DNA from: Thermomicrobiales bacterium
Lineage (GTDB): Bacteria; Chloroflexota; Chloroflexia; Thermomicrobiales; UBA6265
Length of the DNA: 64,000 nucleotides
NCBI GenBank assembly: GCA_020432165.1
Contig: JAGQGU010000034.1
Location: 39,076 to 103,075 of the forward strand
Reading direction: 5' to 3'
This document shows positions 30,789 through 40,236 of the stretch, piece after piece (within the stretch, counting starts at the first letter, position 1; the number at the start of each line of letters is the position of its first letter). A program made the position numbers and the translations under genes. The notes beneath the pieces are model-generated. The model worked only from the letters and a program-made list of their open reading frames with translations. It was not told where the DNA came from and did no database searches.

Positions 30789-32807
30789 GTGAATCACGAT
30801 TCTGGGGGTACCGTACGCGCTATTCGAGTTCTGGCTCTACTGGGCATAATGTTCTCGCTGTTCTCGAATTTCGGCGCTTCCGCGCAGGATGATTCCTGGA
30901 AAACCGTTGTCTATCCCGGACGAGTAGTCGTCACACCAGGAAGCTGTGTGGATGGCACCGTTACATCCGCCACGGTTTCCGTGCCTGCGGATACGTTGGA
31001 TGACGGCATCTACTACACCATTACTCAGCCGGATGCCTCTGGTGCATTCACGGTCACTGCTCAGGTGGGTGATGCCTATCTGATGGCCGAGGATCCCGGT
31101 AATGGCTGGGTTTTCAAGAACAAGTGGAATGCCACCTACGCTGGCACCGCCGAGATTCCCGATTGTAACCAGGGACCGAATCAGAATTCTGATGATGACG
31201 CACTCGAAGCCGAGGACGGCACGGGCGTTGGTACCCTCGCGCTCACAAATAGCTGCGGCACGGCACCCTATCCCGATCCAGACGGCGATGATGTCTCTGG
31301 CGTGGTCGCCTTCTCCAACTACGTTGTCACTCAGGATGGTGTGGATCACACCAACGGACCCATTACGCTTTCCCAGCCGGAAGAAGAGCTAACCCTGAGC
31401 TTCGATTGGGATGCCAGCACCCGTATTTCTGCGGGAGATTTCTTCACATTCGCAGGCCCGCTCGATACCAATGGTGCGAAGGTCTTTACCTCCGCTACCC
31501 AATGGTTCCCTGTTTATAACTATCTGGGTACCTATCAAGCCGGTTGTGCCAGTGTGGTTGGTGGCGATATCGTCGTCCAGTTCACCAATTACGTGAATGG
31601 TCGCGATAACGTTGGTGGTAACATCTCGCTCTATGTCGAGATGGCTGCCGGCAGCAGCACCGAGACCAAGACCATCGATTTCAGCTTCGATGATGACTCC
31701 AGTTTCAGCATCATCATTCCGGGCATTCCCACGGAAAGCTTCGGCAAGCGCGGCTGGTTCATGCGGGATGATCAGGGCATTGTTCAGGGCACCACGGCTA
31801 TCCAGTGGAAGCTGCATGTCCCTGCCAGCGCCAGTGGCTATACCAACCTGGTGCTTACGGACGCCGCGCCGTCGGATGGTAGCTGGACCTTCAGTTGTGC
31901 TGGAGAATCCGCAACCACCACGACATACTCGGCGCTGGATAAGAACGGTGCACCGGTCACGATTGCCTTTGCCGAAAATTGTTCGGCCACGGCCATGACC
32001 CTCAGTGTGGACTCCGTTCCGAAGAACACATCGATCGATTTCTTCTTCTACGCGGATATCACCTCCGGTGCGGAGGGCCCCTTCTACAATGAAGCGACCG
32101 CCAGCGCCGATGAGATTGAGACAGTTGTACTGCCGTACGAGGTGCGTCGCACCATTGGTAGCGGCCAGGCAGATGGTGACTTCGTGGTTACCCCGATCCC
32201 TCCGGCTATCACCAATGCCGCCTGTGTGGATGAAGTCAACGACGAGTGGATTCCGGCCAGTGTTACCCTGCCGACCGATCAGGAAGGCGTCACCTATACG
32301 ATGACTCCCGATCCTTTCCCGGCCGAGGGTGGTCACCTGGTGGTCATCGCCACCCTGGACGAGGGGTATGTATGGTCCGATGAAACCAATGGCTGGGTCT
32401 ACGATGAGACCAATGGCACGATGGTGTATGAGACCGATGTCACCAACGATCCTTGTGTGATTGAGACACCGACTCCGACCACGCCGCCGAGCCCAACGAC
32501 CACACCGAATCCGACCTCGACGCCGGAGATCCCGTGTGTGCCACCGACTCCGGAGGAATGCCTGCCCACTCCGACGCCAGAAGGCGAAGGCACACCGCCA
32601 GGTGGCGAGCAGACACCGCCGCCATGCGAGACTCCGACCATTCCGGCGCAGTGCCAAACCCCGACGCCTCCGACGGTGAAGGAGTTCCCGAAGACCGGTA
32701 CCGATGGTAGCCATGGTGTCAGCGGCGCCTACGTCATGGCCGGTATGCTCGTGGCCACGGCAGTCGTTGCTGCTGGTGCAATCGCCTACCGTGAGCGCAT
32801 GCGCTAA
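30789..32807 (+). CDS. Cell-surface adhesin-like protein with sortase-type C-terminal sorting signal
   Basis: GTG start after GGGGGAGA. It has a signal peptide, beta-rich Ig-like repeats, a Pro/Thr-rich linker, then FPKTG plus a hydrophobic helix and YRERMR tail. Confidence 0.7.
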   Translation: MNHDSGGTVRAIRVLALLGIMFSLFSNFGASAQDDSWKTVVYPGRVVVTPGSCVDGTVTSATVSVPADTLDDGIYYTITQPDASGAFTVTAQVGDAYLMAEDPGNGWVFKNKWNATYAGTAEIPDCNQGPNQNSDDDALEAEDGTGVGTLALTNSCGTAPYPDPDGDDVSGVVAFSNYVVTQDGVDHTNGPITLSQPEEELTLSFDWDASTRISAGDFFTFAGPLDTNGAKVFTSATQWFPVYNYLGTYQAGCASVVGGDIVVQFTNYVNGRDNVGGNISLYVEMAAGSSTETKTIDFSFDDDSSFSIIIPGIPTESFGKRGWFMRDDQGIVQGTTAIQWKLHVPASASGYTNLVLTDAAPSDGSWTFSCAGESATTTTYSALDKNGAPVTIAFAENCSATAMTLSVDSVPKNTSIDFFFYADITSGAEGPFYNEATASADEIETVVLPYEVRRTIGSGQADGDFVVTPIPPAITNAACVDEVNDEWIPASVTLPTDQEGVTYTMTPDPFPAEGGHLVVIATLDEGYVWSDETNGWVYDETNGTMVYETDVTNDPCVIETPTPTTPPSPTTTPNPTSTPEIPCVPPTPEECLPTPTPEGEGTPPGGEQTPPPCETPTIPAQCQTPTPPTVKEFPKTGTDGSHGVSGAYVMAGMLVATAVVAAGAIAYRERMR

Positions 32808-32823
32808 GTAAAAGGCTTAATCC

Positions 32824-32863
32824 AAAACCACCCCGGCAGGATCAATTCCGCTGGGGTGGTTTT
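32824..32863. terminator. Bidirectional intrinsic terminator
   Basis: AAAACCACCCC-loop-GGGGTGGTTTT: an 11-bp stem with A/T runs, between convergent genes. Confidence 0.65.
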
Positions 32864-32881
32864 GCTTAATTTTCATGTGTG

Positions 32882-33868
32882 CTACGTTGTTCCCGCCAGA
32901 GTCGCAGCAACCTCGCCGAGCGCCTCCTCGGTCATCATCCAGATCCGCAGGTAAGCGGTCTCGCTCATGAGGTAGAACTCATACGAATCTCCGATCACAT
33001 CAACACCCTGCTTCATGGCATAGAGCCATGGCAGACCTGTGGAAGGTTCACTGTTCCAGCCAATGATCTCTACCGGTGGCTGATTTTGGGTAATGGTAGC
33101 GATCGCCTCAAGCTGCTGTTTCGCGGTTCCCATATTGAGATAGCCGCCGAGTTCGACCGTGCCCAGCGGAAATTCGCTCGGTGGATTGATCGCCTTGTAA
33201 CGGAAGAGCTCACTCGGCAGGAATGACTCCCCGGGCTGGATATCCGCGGAAAGATCATCCAGTCCGTAATTCGTCTTGAACACATCCGAGTAGAGCGTGG
33301 TTGGCAGTTCTCCCACCAGCGAGAAGTTGAGCGATGTCAGTACATCGAGTCCCAATGGCGCATTCCCGGCGGGACCGATTTTGCTCAGTTGGTCGAAGCG
33401 ATCATTCTGTTCTTCCACCCACGATTGCGAGCGACCAAAGAACCACTTCCATTCGCCGTTACGTTGCACCAGCCGCACGACATCGTTGTCCACCGAACCG
33501 TCCGCGAACTCCTGGGTATAGCTCACCTCTGCGACATTGCTATATGCCACACCGCTTACGGGCCAGGTCCAGCTATCCAGCCATTGCACACCAGTTGCCG
33601 TGGCGGGCTTGGGTCCACGCGGATTGAAGTCCTCGCTATACCAGCCGATCACGGTTGCGCGCGGCACAATCTTTTTTGCATCCGGGTGCATATAGTCGTA
33701 GAGCTGATACATCGAGGGGATGTAGGTAAAGCTCTCCAACAAACTGAGGTATTCTGCCGCCTTCATGGGATCATCGCCAGTCATATCGGCCTGATCCGCA
33801 GCGCGAGAGGTATGTGTGACCGCCAAAGCAGAGGCAGCGATCACAGAGAGAAACGTGCGACGATTCAT
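32882..33868 (-). CDS. Tat-signal exported protein, unknown function
   Basis: MNRRTFLSVIAASALAVTHTSRA twin-arginine leader. I recognise no catalytic motif. Confidence 0.55.
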   Translation of the reverse strand: MNRRTFLSVIAASALAVTHTSRAADQADMTGDDPMKAAEYLSLLESFTYIPSMYQLYDYMHPDAKKIVPRATVIGWYSEDFNPRGPKPATATGVQWLDSWTWPVSGVAYSNVAEVSYTQEFADGSVDNDVVRLVQRNGEWKWFFGRSQSWVEEQNDRFDQLSKIGPAGNAPLGLDVLTSLNFSLVGELPTTLYSDVFKTNYGLDDLSADIQPGESFLPSELFRYKAINPPSEFPLGTVELGGYLNMGTAKQQLEAIATITQNQPPVEIIGWNSEPSTGLPWLYAMKQGVDVIGDSYEFYLMSETAYLRIWMMTEEALGEVAATLAGTT

Positions 33869-33960
33869 CGTCGTGCTCCTTTCTCGAACACGGTTATCCG
33901 CGTTCGTTATCGCATACCCCTCCTCTTGCTAATTGAGACGCACAACAGGCTAAAAAGGTT

Positions 33961-34887
33961 TCACGATTCATCATCAATCGTTCCATGACGTGTACGATGT
34001 CCACTCACGATGAAAACGACCGCTGAAAGAATGACGATACCGCCGAAGATCACATTCGGTCCCACCGGATCGTTATCGATCCAGGCGCCCAGGAGCACTG
34101 CCAGCACCGGATTCACATAGGCATAGGTGGAGACGACCTCGATCGGCAGTGTGCGGTTGGCATACATATAGGCGCTGTAGGCGAGCACCGATCCTGCCAA
34201 CACCAGCCAACAGAAGGCGATCCACGATTTGGTGGAGATATCGGCAATGCTCAACTCCTGCCATTCACCTCTGGCAAAAGAGATCGTCATCAGGGCTATG
34301 CCACCGGTGAGCATTTGCAGAGCTGAGGAGACGAACGAGTTTCTCGGTAACTCCCGAAATCGGCTTTCCACCGTGCCGTAGGACCATGCTAGTGACGAGG
34401 TCATGATCAGAACCACACCGAGGAGGGAGATGTGCCCGGATCCTGGTCCGCCGACCATGATGCCGATACCGATCAGACCGACCACCAGCGCCAGCATCAC
34501 CTTGCGATCGGGTGATCGTTTTGTTCGTAGCGCGGTGAAGGTACTCATCCAGATCGGACTCAGGCTTACCATCAGCGCCGCGAACGAGGAATCCAGATAG
34601 CGTTGTGCCAGAGCGCCGAGTCCGGTACCGCCCAGGAGAAGCAATACACCGATGAGCGCGGCCGATTTTAGCTGCGTCGGGGTGACACGAACCTCACCAC
34701 GTTTGATCGCTGGCGATGCAAAGAGGAGCAGGATAGGCGCGGCGATGAAGAAACGCATGGCGGTCATGAAGAAGGGCGGAATAGTCTCGACCGCGAGCTT
34801 CATGCCGAGATAGGTGCTGCCCCACACTGTCCAAATCGTTAGCAGTGCCAGCCACGGCAGCAGCGCGCCGCGATTTTGTGTTTGCAT
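33961..34887 (-). CDS. EamA/DMT-family transporter
   Basis: Ten hydrophobic helices in two EamA halves. It is a paralogue of the next gene. Confidence 0.85.
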   Translation of the reverse strand: MQTQNRGALLPWLALLTIWTVWGSTYLGMKLAVETIPPFFMTAMRFFIAAPILLLFASPAIKRGEVRVTPTQLKSAALIGVLLLLGGTGLGALAQRYLDSSFAALMVSLSPIWMSTFTALRTKRSPDRKVMLALVVGLIGIGIMVGGPGSGHISLLGVVLIMTSSLAWSYGTVESRFRELPRNSFVSSALQMLTGGIALMTISFARGEWQELSIADISTKSWIAFCWLVLAGSVLAYSAYMYANRTLPIEVVSTYAYVNPVLAVLLGAWIDNDPVGPNVIFGGIVILSAVVFIVSGHRTRHGTIDDES

Positions 34888-35172
34888 TGTTTTCCCACAA
34901 CCCGGAGAGGAGCCCGATAACCCCCTGCGGCAGTGTACCGCGAGTTATGAATCTGCGGGTAACATGGTCCTTGTGCCATTGGTACCGGTAAATAGATGGC
35001 GACGAGCGGTGTTGCGGTAGACTCGGGCCTCGCGCCAGCGAAGCAGCGCGAGTCGCCCGGGTTCATGTGGCTATACGCTGTCCTACCTCGGAGCAAGGGG
35101 TGGAATTGTCGCGTTGGCCAGGTTTTATACCCGGCGTTACAAAACCGCCCCCTGCGGCTTCGCGCTCGGAAT

Positions 35173-36087
35173 TCAGGATTTTCGCCGTTGGAGCGCTTGC
35201 CCACTCACGATAGCGATCACGGCCAGCAGGATTATCGCGCCGCCGATGATCACATTCGGACCCACGGGTTCGTTATCGATAACGGCGCCGAGCGAGATCG
35301 CCACGATAGGATTGATATAGACATACGTACTGACGATCTCGATAGGGAGCGTGAGAACCGCATAGCTATAGGCGTTATACGCCAGCAGCGATCCGCCAAT
35401 CACCAGCCAGACAAAGCCGATCCAGCTGCGTTGGGAGACATCCGCAAGGTGGAAGGTATCCCACTCACCCAGCGTGTAGGCAATGACCATCAGGACGGCA
35501 CCACCAGTTAGCAACTGGATGCCGGAGTTGACGAAGGCACTCCTGGGCAACTCCATGAAGCGTGCCTGGACCGAGCCGAGACACCAGAAGAACGATGAGA
35601 CCAGCATCAGTGAGATGCCCAGTGCAGAGATTGTGCCTCCACCTGGTCCACCCATCATGATGCCAATACCCAGAAGCCCCGCCAGCATGGAAATGATCAC
35701 CCGCGTTTCTGGTCGGGTTCGTGTGCGCAGTCCCATCATCACGGCCATCCAAATGGGATTCAGACAGACCATGAGCGAGGCGATACCGGAGTCGATATGC
35801 TTCAACGCTACTGCCTGGAGCAAGAGTCCACCCACCTGCAGCACGATTCCGATCAACGCCGCATTGCGAAAGGTGGTCCAGGTGAGGCCAGCCGCACCGC
35901 GCCGAATTGTTGGCAGCGCAATCAGGAGAAGGATGGGCGCCGCGATGAAAAAGCGTGCACCAGAGAGCGTGAAGGGCGGCAGCGTCTCCACCGCCGCCTT
36001 CATTCTCAGATAGGTGGTGCCCCATACAATCGCGATAATGGCAAACGCCAACCACGGCAGAAATTGACTTCGCGAATTGGCATGCAT
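35173..36087 (-). CDS. EamA/DMT-family transporter (tandem paralogue)
   Basis: Collinear similarity to 33961-34887 (WGTTYL, PPF..SGARFFIAAPILL, PIEIVSTYVYINP). ATG at 36087, one codon inside the TTG-initiated ORF. Confidence 0.85.
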   Translation of the reverse strand: MHANSRSQFLPWLAFAIIAIVWGTTYLRMKAAVETLPPFTLSGARFFIAAPILLLIALPTIRRGAAGLTWTTFRNAALIGIVLQVGGLLLQAVALKHIDSGIASLMVCLNPIWMAVMMGLRTRTRPETRVIISMLAGLLGIGIMMGGPGGGTISALGISLMLVSSFFWCLGSVQARFMELPRSAFVNSGIQLLTGGAVLMVIAYTLGEWDTFHLADVSQRSWIGFVWLVIGGSLLAYNAYSYAVLTLPIEIVSTYVYINPIVAISLGAVIDNEPVGPNVIIGGAIILLAVIAIVSGQALQRRKS

Positions 36088-36177
36088 CAAACGCTCTCCA
36101 CCCTCATCTTGTCCCGCATGTATTGTGGAATTGGGCCAGGCGTTTGTAACGATGCAACATGCACAGTCAGGTTGTGC

Positions 36178-36978
36178 TTAACGCCCTCCCTGACTACTGA
36201 GCGCATCACCGTGACTGACGCTCCGCACGGCCAATGGCAAGACGATCAGTGTGAGTATCATCATCACGATCCCAGTTACCTGAAACTGACCATATAGCAG
36301 GAGATTCCGCATCGCATCCACCTGATACGCCAGTGGATTGATCCGCGCTATCCACTGCAGATAGGTGGGGGCGGTTTCGATGGGATAAAAGATTGGGGCT
36401 GCCATACTCAGCGGCAGCATCACCCAGGTCACCACCATATCCCGCACGATATAGTCGCGGACAAAACCAGTAATGATGATCGCGAGGGCGCTCCAGAATA
36501 TGGCTGCAATTATCGCCATTGCTACGGTGCCGATTACTGGTACAATCGCGAATCGTGCCCCCATCACCAAGACCAGCAGGAAGAGTGTGCAGAGTTGCAG
36601 GCTCAGCGCGATCGCTGAAGGGACGATCTTCCCGAGCGTGTATCCAGTGCCGGTGACACCTGCCAGCCTCTTGATAGTGAGCATGCCCCACTGGCGGTCC
36701 AGGACCGTGCGATACATGGTGCGGCTGAATGCTCGCAAGGTTTGGAGCGCTACCAGACCCGGAAAGACCCAGGTGATGTAGTGATCGGTGAAGGCCGCAC
36801 CCTGGAATGCTCCTTGTAGACCTGCCGCCAGAATCACGAGCTGTACCACTGGCTCCAGTAGCAACGAACTGATCAGCGTTTTCTTTTCACTCAGGAGTGC
36901 GACGATCTCGATCTCGGCCGTCGGCCGAAATCCATGAAGCCTCCATCCACCCGCTGACGGTGTGACTAGTGATTGCAT
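36178..36978 (-). CDS. ABC-2 type exporter permease
   Basis: Six TM helices. Its 5' end overlaps the upstream ATPase gene by 13 nt. Confidence 0.75.
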   Translation of the reverse strand: MQSLVTPSAGGWRLHGFRPTAEIEIVALLSEKKTLISSLLLEPVVQLVILAAGLQGAFQGAAFTDHYITWVFPGLVALQTLRAFSRTMYRTVLDRQWGMLTIKRLAGVTGTGYTLGKIVPSAIALSLQLCTLFLLVLVMGARFAIVPVIGTVAMAIIAAIFWSALAIIITGFVRDYIVRDMVVTWVMLPLSMAAPIFYPIETAPTYLQWIARINPLAYQVDAMRNLLLYGQFQVTGIVMMILTLIVLPLAVRSVSHGDALSSQGGR

Positions 36979-37904
36979 CGCAGATTCTCCTTGGCCGTAA
37001 GTTGCAGGTAGACATCACGCAAGCTGGCGCGTTCTCGACTCGCTTCGATCACCATGCCTGTGCCATCAATCAGGTTGAGGACATCCGCCAACGAGATCTG
37101 CGGAGACAGTGCTGCTCGTAAACGATTGCGATAGTCGCCCTCAATATGTGGCGATAGGTGGCCAAGCCGTGCCTCAAGCTCCGCCGAAATCGGCTCAGCG
37201 AAGGAGAGAACGATTTCATCTGCTGGAGATACTGAGCGCAGAAAAGCTGCCATTGATTGATGCACCATAACGCGCTGGTTGAGGACAAAGAGCACGTCAT
37301 CGCAGAACTGCTCCAACAGTCCGAGATCGTGTGACGAGATCAGCGCCAATGCTCCTTCGCGTGTTCGTTCCCGGATAAGTCGGAGCACATCGGCGGACGA
37401 CTCCACATCCAGCGCGGCAGTTGGTTCATCGAGCAACATGATGTCTGGGTTGGACATGAGCGTTCGCGCCACTTGCACACGTTGTTGCTGACCGCCACTG
37501 AGCATGCTGACATCGGTCTCGGCGAGATCGGAAAGATGAAATCGTGCCAGTAGCTCCGTTGCCCGATTTCGTATCGTTGTTCGATCCAGTCCGTAGAGTC
37601 GGCCACCGAGTTCGATATTCTGGCGTGTGTTGAGATACCAATCGATGGTTGTGCGCTGACTGCTCCAGCCAATACGAAGGTTGGGATCAGCGATGGTGAT
37701 CGCGCCTTCGGTCTGCTGAATGGCGCCCGCCAACATATGGATCAGGGTGGATTTGCCGGCACCATTAGGCCCGAGCACGGCCACCGTACGTCCCTTTGAG
37801 AACGCGGCCGTTGCATGACGAATCCCCCAGACATCGTTGGGGTAGCGCTTGCCGAGACCTTGAATGGTCAGCGCGATATCATCGCCTTCGCGATGGGTGA
37901 ACAT
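36966..37904 (-). CDS. ABC transporter ATP-binding protein (DrrA-like) with C-terminal extension
   Basis: Walker A GPNGAGKST, signature LSGGQQQRV, Walker B IMLLDEPT. Start at MFTHREG. Confidence 0.85.
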   Translation of the reverse strand: MFTHREGDDIALTIQGLGKRYPNDVWGIRHATAAFSKGRTVAVLGPNGAGKSTLIHMLAGAIQQTEGAITIADPNLRIGWSSQRTTIDWYLNTRQNIELGGRLYGLDRTTIRNRATELLARFHLSDLAETDVSMLSGGQQQRVQVARTLMSNPDIMLLDEPTAALDVESSADVLRLIRERTREGALALISSHDLGLLEQFCDDVLFVLNQRVMVHQSMAAFLRSVSPADEIVLSFAEPISAELEARLGHLSPHIEGDYRNRLRAALSPQISLADVLNLIDGTGMVIEASRERASLRDVYLQLTAKENLRCNH

Positions 37905-38296
37905 GTGAATCGTCCTGGTCAGAAAGCGCGGAAATGCTCCGCCCGATAGACACATACATCCGCCTCAACCCCGGGGCAAAGTGGGGGAGTGCTGGATGTC
38001 AATGGATTGTGTGTGCCGATCAGGCGAACCTTAAGCGCATGGATGATTCCGGATGAACGAGGACGACCAATTCTCTACTCATACTACCGGAGAAAATATC
38101 GCGAAGACAAACTCTTGTGATATATCGCCGATTCTCTGCTGGCATACTGCCATTATTGGTTGCCGAACTACCGCCGTTGCCTTGAGCATACGGAGGTGGT
38201 TAGCCAGTTGGGGACGATATGGCAGTGCGATTGTCGGAGCGATTGACACTCCCGCAGGCTCGCGCCAAAAAGGAACAGAGCGAACAGCCCTATGTT

Positions 38297-39046
38297 ATGC
38301 CGCGGTGTATCTTGTTTGGCGTGATTTGGGCATTTCTGCGGAGAAAACGACGCAGCGTATGGGATGATACGCTGCGTGCTCAGGATACCCTCCGACATCC
38401 ACCGATTGTTCGCGGCATGCAACATGTGCCGCAGGATGGCCCGGTCGTTTTTCTGCCGAACCATTATGAACGGAAAGATAAGGTTTGGGTCGGATGGGGC
38501 GCTATCGGGCTCACCAGCGCGCTGGCACGCGAGCGCGACACCTTAAGGCTGCGCGATCTCCACTGGGTCATGACCGATACCTGGGCCGATTGTTACTTTG
38601 GCCCCATTCATCTCAATCCCATCTATCTTGGCTGGATCCTGAAGGGATTCGGGGATGTCTACGGCATCATCCGTATGCCGGCGCACGATCTTCCCAACCA
38701 TAAAGACCAGCGCGGCCGGAGTGCCTCTGCCCTCCGCGATCTCCTTGGTCATTTGGATCAAGGCGAATGCATCGCTTTCCATCCGGAAGCAGGAGGTTTC
38801 GAGGAGTTGATCGTGCCACCGGCCGGAGCTGGCCGGCTGCTGGCGGCCATCAATCGCCGTGGTGTGACCATGATTCCAGTGGGGGTATTTGAGGAGGATG
38901 ATCGTCTGGTAATCAACATCGGTACCCCCTTTGCCTCCGGGGACTTCCAGGATAAGTCCGATGAAGAGGCGGCCGCGGTGGCGATGCATGCCATTGCCGA
39001 TCTGGTACCCGCTCATACCCGGGGAGCCTTTGCGCACCGAGCCTAG
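38297..39046 (+). CDS. Lysophospholipid/glycerol-phosphate acyltransferase-like protein
   Basis: HX4D motif NHYERKD and the downstream FHPEAGG block. The start is uncertain (38219-38297). Confidence 0.55.
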   Translation: MPRCILFGVIWAFLRRKRRSVWDDTLRAQDTLRHPPIVRGMQHVPQDGPVVFLPNHYERKDKVWVGWGAIGLTSALARERDTLRLRDLHWVMTDTWADCYFGPIHLNPIYLGWILKGFGDVYGIIRMPAHDLPNHKDQRGRSASALRDLLGHLDQGECIAFHPEAGGFEELIVPPAGAGRLLAAINRRGVTMIPVGVFEEDDRLVINIGTPFASGDFQDKSDEEAAAVAMHAIADLVPAHTRGAFAHRA

Positions 39047-39101
39047 GCGAGATCCACCCGTGGCGCACATCTTGCTACACTTGGCTTAGCCACATCGGCA
39101 A

Positions 39102-39143
39102 CCGGACGAGATGCGCCGTACCCGGACGACGACAAGACGACGC
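39102..39143 (+). promoter_or_regulatory. Guanidine-III riboswitch (ykkC-III motif)
   Basis: CCGGACGAGAUGCGCCGUACCCGGACGACGACAAGACGACGC closely matches the crystallised ykkC-III sequence as I recall it. It lies 3 nt before the GGAG SD and 13 nt before the SMR start. Confidence 0.8.
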
Positions 39144-39156
39144 AATGGAGTTTGCC

Positions 39157-39486
39157 ATGGCGTGGTTTGTGTTGATTATCTCCGGCGCATTGGAAGCTGT
39201 TTGGGCGACGGCGATGAGCCAGAGTAATGGCTTCACGAAGCTTTGGCCTTCTATCATCTTCCTCATCGGTGTTGTCTGCAGCATGGGTGGTCTTGCCATT
39301 GCGCTGAAGCACATCCCGGTCGGTACCGGCTATGCGGTCTGGGTTGGTATCGGAGCGGTAACCACCGCTACCTGGGCGATGGCACGGGGTGCGGAGCCGG
39401 TGAGTCTGCTCAAGGTTGTTTTCCTGGTTGGCATTATCGGCTGCATCGTGGGTCTCCAGCTGGTCTCCTCTGGCGAAGCCCACTAG
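39157..39486 (+). CDS. sugE: SMR-family guanidinium exporter (SugE/Gdx)
   Basis: MAWFVLIISGALEAVWATAM with the conserved membrane Glu, four TM helices, about 109 aa. Confidence 0.9.
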   Translation: MAWFVLIISGALEAVWATAMSQSNGFTKLWPSIIFLIGVVCSMGGLAIALKHIPVGTGYAVWVGIGAVTTATWAMARGAEPVSLLKVVFLVGIIGCIVGLQLVSSGEAH

Positions 39487-39545
39487 ATAATGAAGTTGGC
39501 TCGGCCTGGTACGCTCCACAAGCCATTCTCGCCCAGGGAGATTTC

Positions 39546-40142
39546 ATGACCAATCAAACGCACTTTGGTGAGGACTCTATCGCGCGCATCCTGTCTTCGG
39601 TTACGAAGCAAGATGCCCGCCCATTCATATTGGTGTTGGATGGTCCGGGCGGTTCTGGCAAGTCCACGTTGGCCCGCGAGCTGGCTGCGGTCTCGGACGG
39701 TGCGGTCGCCATCGTACAAGGCGATGATTTCTACGCCGATCTGGATGATGAGTACCGCGCCTCGCTCGATGCCGAGGGCGGTTACCAGGAGTATTTCGAT
39801 TGGCGTCGCCTTCGTGATCAGGTGTTTCAACCCGCTCGCGCCGGTAAGGTGGTCACCTACCAACGTTACGATTGGGATCACGGACGGCTGGGCGATTGGG
39901 TGACGGTACCAGATGTTGACGTGCTGATCGTGGAGGGTGTTCGCTGCGCGCGTCCCGAGTTACGAGAGTATGCCGATACGGTGGTTTGGGTAAACACCTC
40001 GGAACGTGAGCGTTTGCACCGACAGATTGCCCGCGGTGAGAACGAAGCTATCTGGATTCAGCGTTGGATGGCTGCGGAGAACTACTACCGTGAGCATGTG
40101 CACCAGCCTGGGCCGGATGATATTGAGATTACGGGGGAGTAG
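39546..40142 (+). CDS. P-loop NTPase, uridine-kinase-like
   Basis: Walker A GPGGSGKST and Walker-B-like VLIVEGV. ATG 39546 follows GGGAGA. The upstream part of the long ORF overlaps sugE out of frame. Confidence 0.55.
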   Translation: MTNQTHFGEDSIARILSSVTKQDARPFILVLDGPGGSGKSTLARELAAVSDGAVAIVQGDDFYADLDDEYRASLDAEGGYQEYFDWRRLRDQVFQPARAGKVVTYQRYDWDHGRLGDWVTVPDVDVLIVEGVRCARPELREYADTVVWVNTSERERLHRQIARGENEAIWIQRWMAAENYYREHVHQPGPDDIEITGE

Positions 40143-40236
40143 CGTCAATCCCTGAAGATTGTTGGTTCCCGCATGGGTGGCAGCAAGATCCGTGGAGCGC
40201 CGGGTGTTTCTGCGCGGCGCTCCACATTCTTTCCTC

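Noticed and set aside
31389-32714. 441-aa minus-strand ORF inside the surface-protein gene
   Set aside because: It is antisense to a gene with signal peptide and sorting signal. The composition is dominated by Arg/Gly and there is no RBS or motif.
39243-39545. N-terminal 100-aa extension of the kinase-like ORF
   Set aside because: It overlaps the sugE coding region out of frame. The recognisable protein (Walker A) starts after ATG 39546, which has its own GGGAGA RBS.
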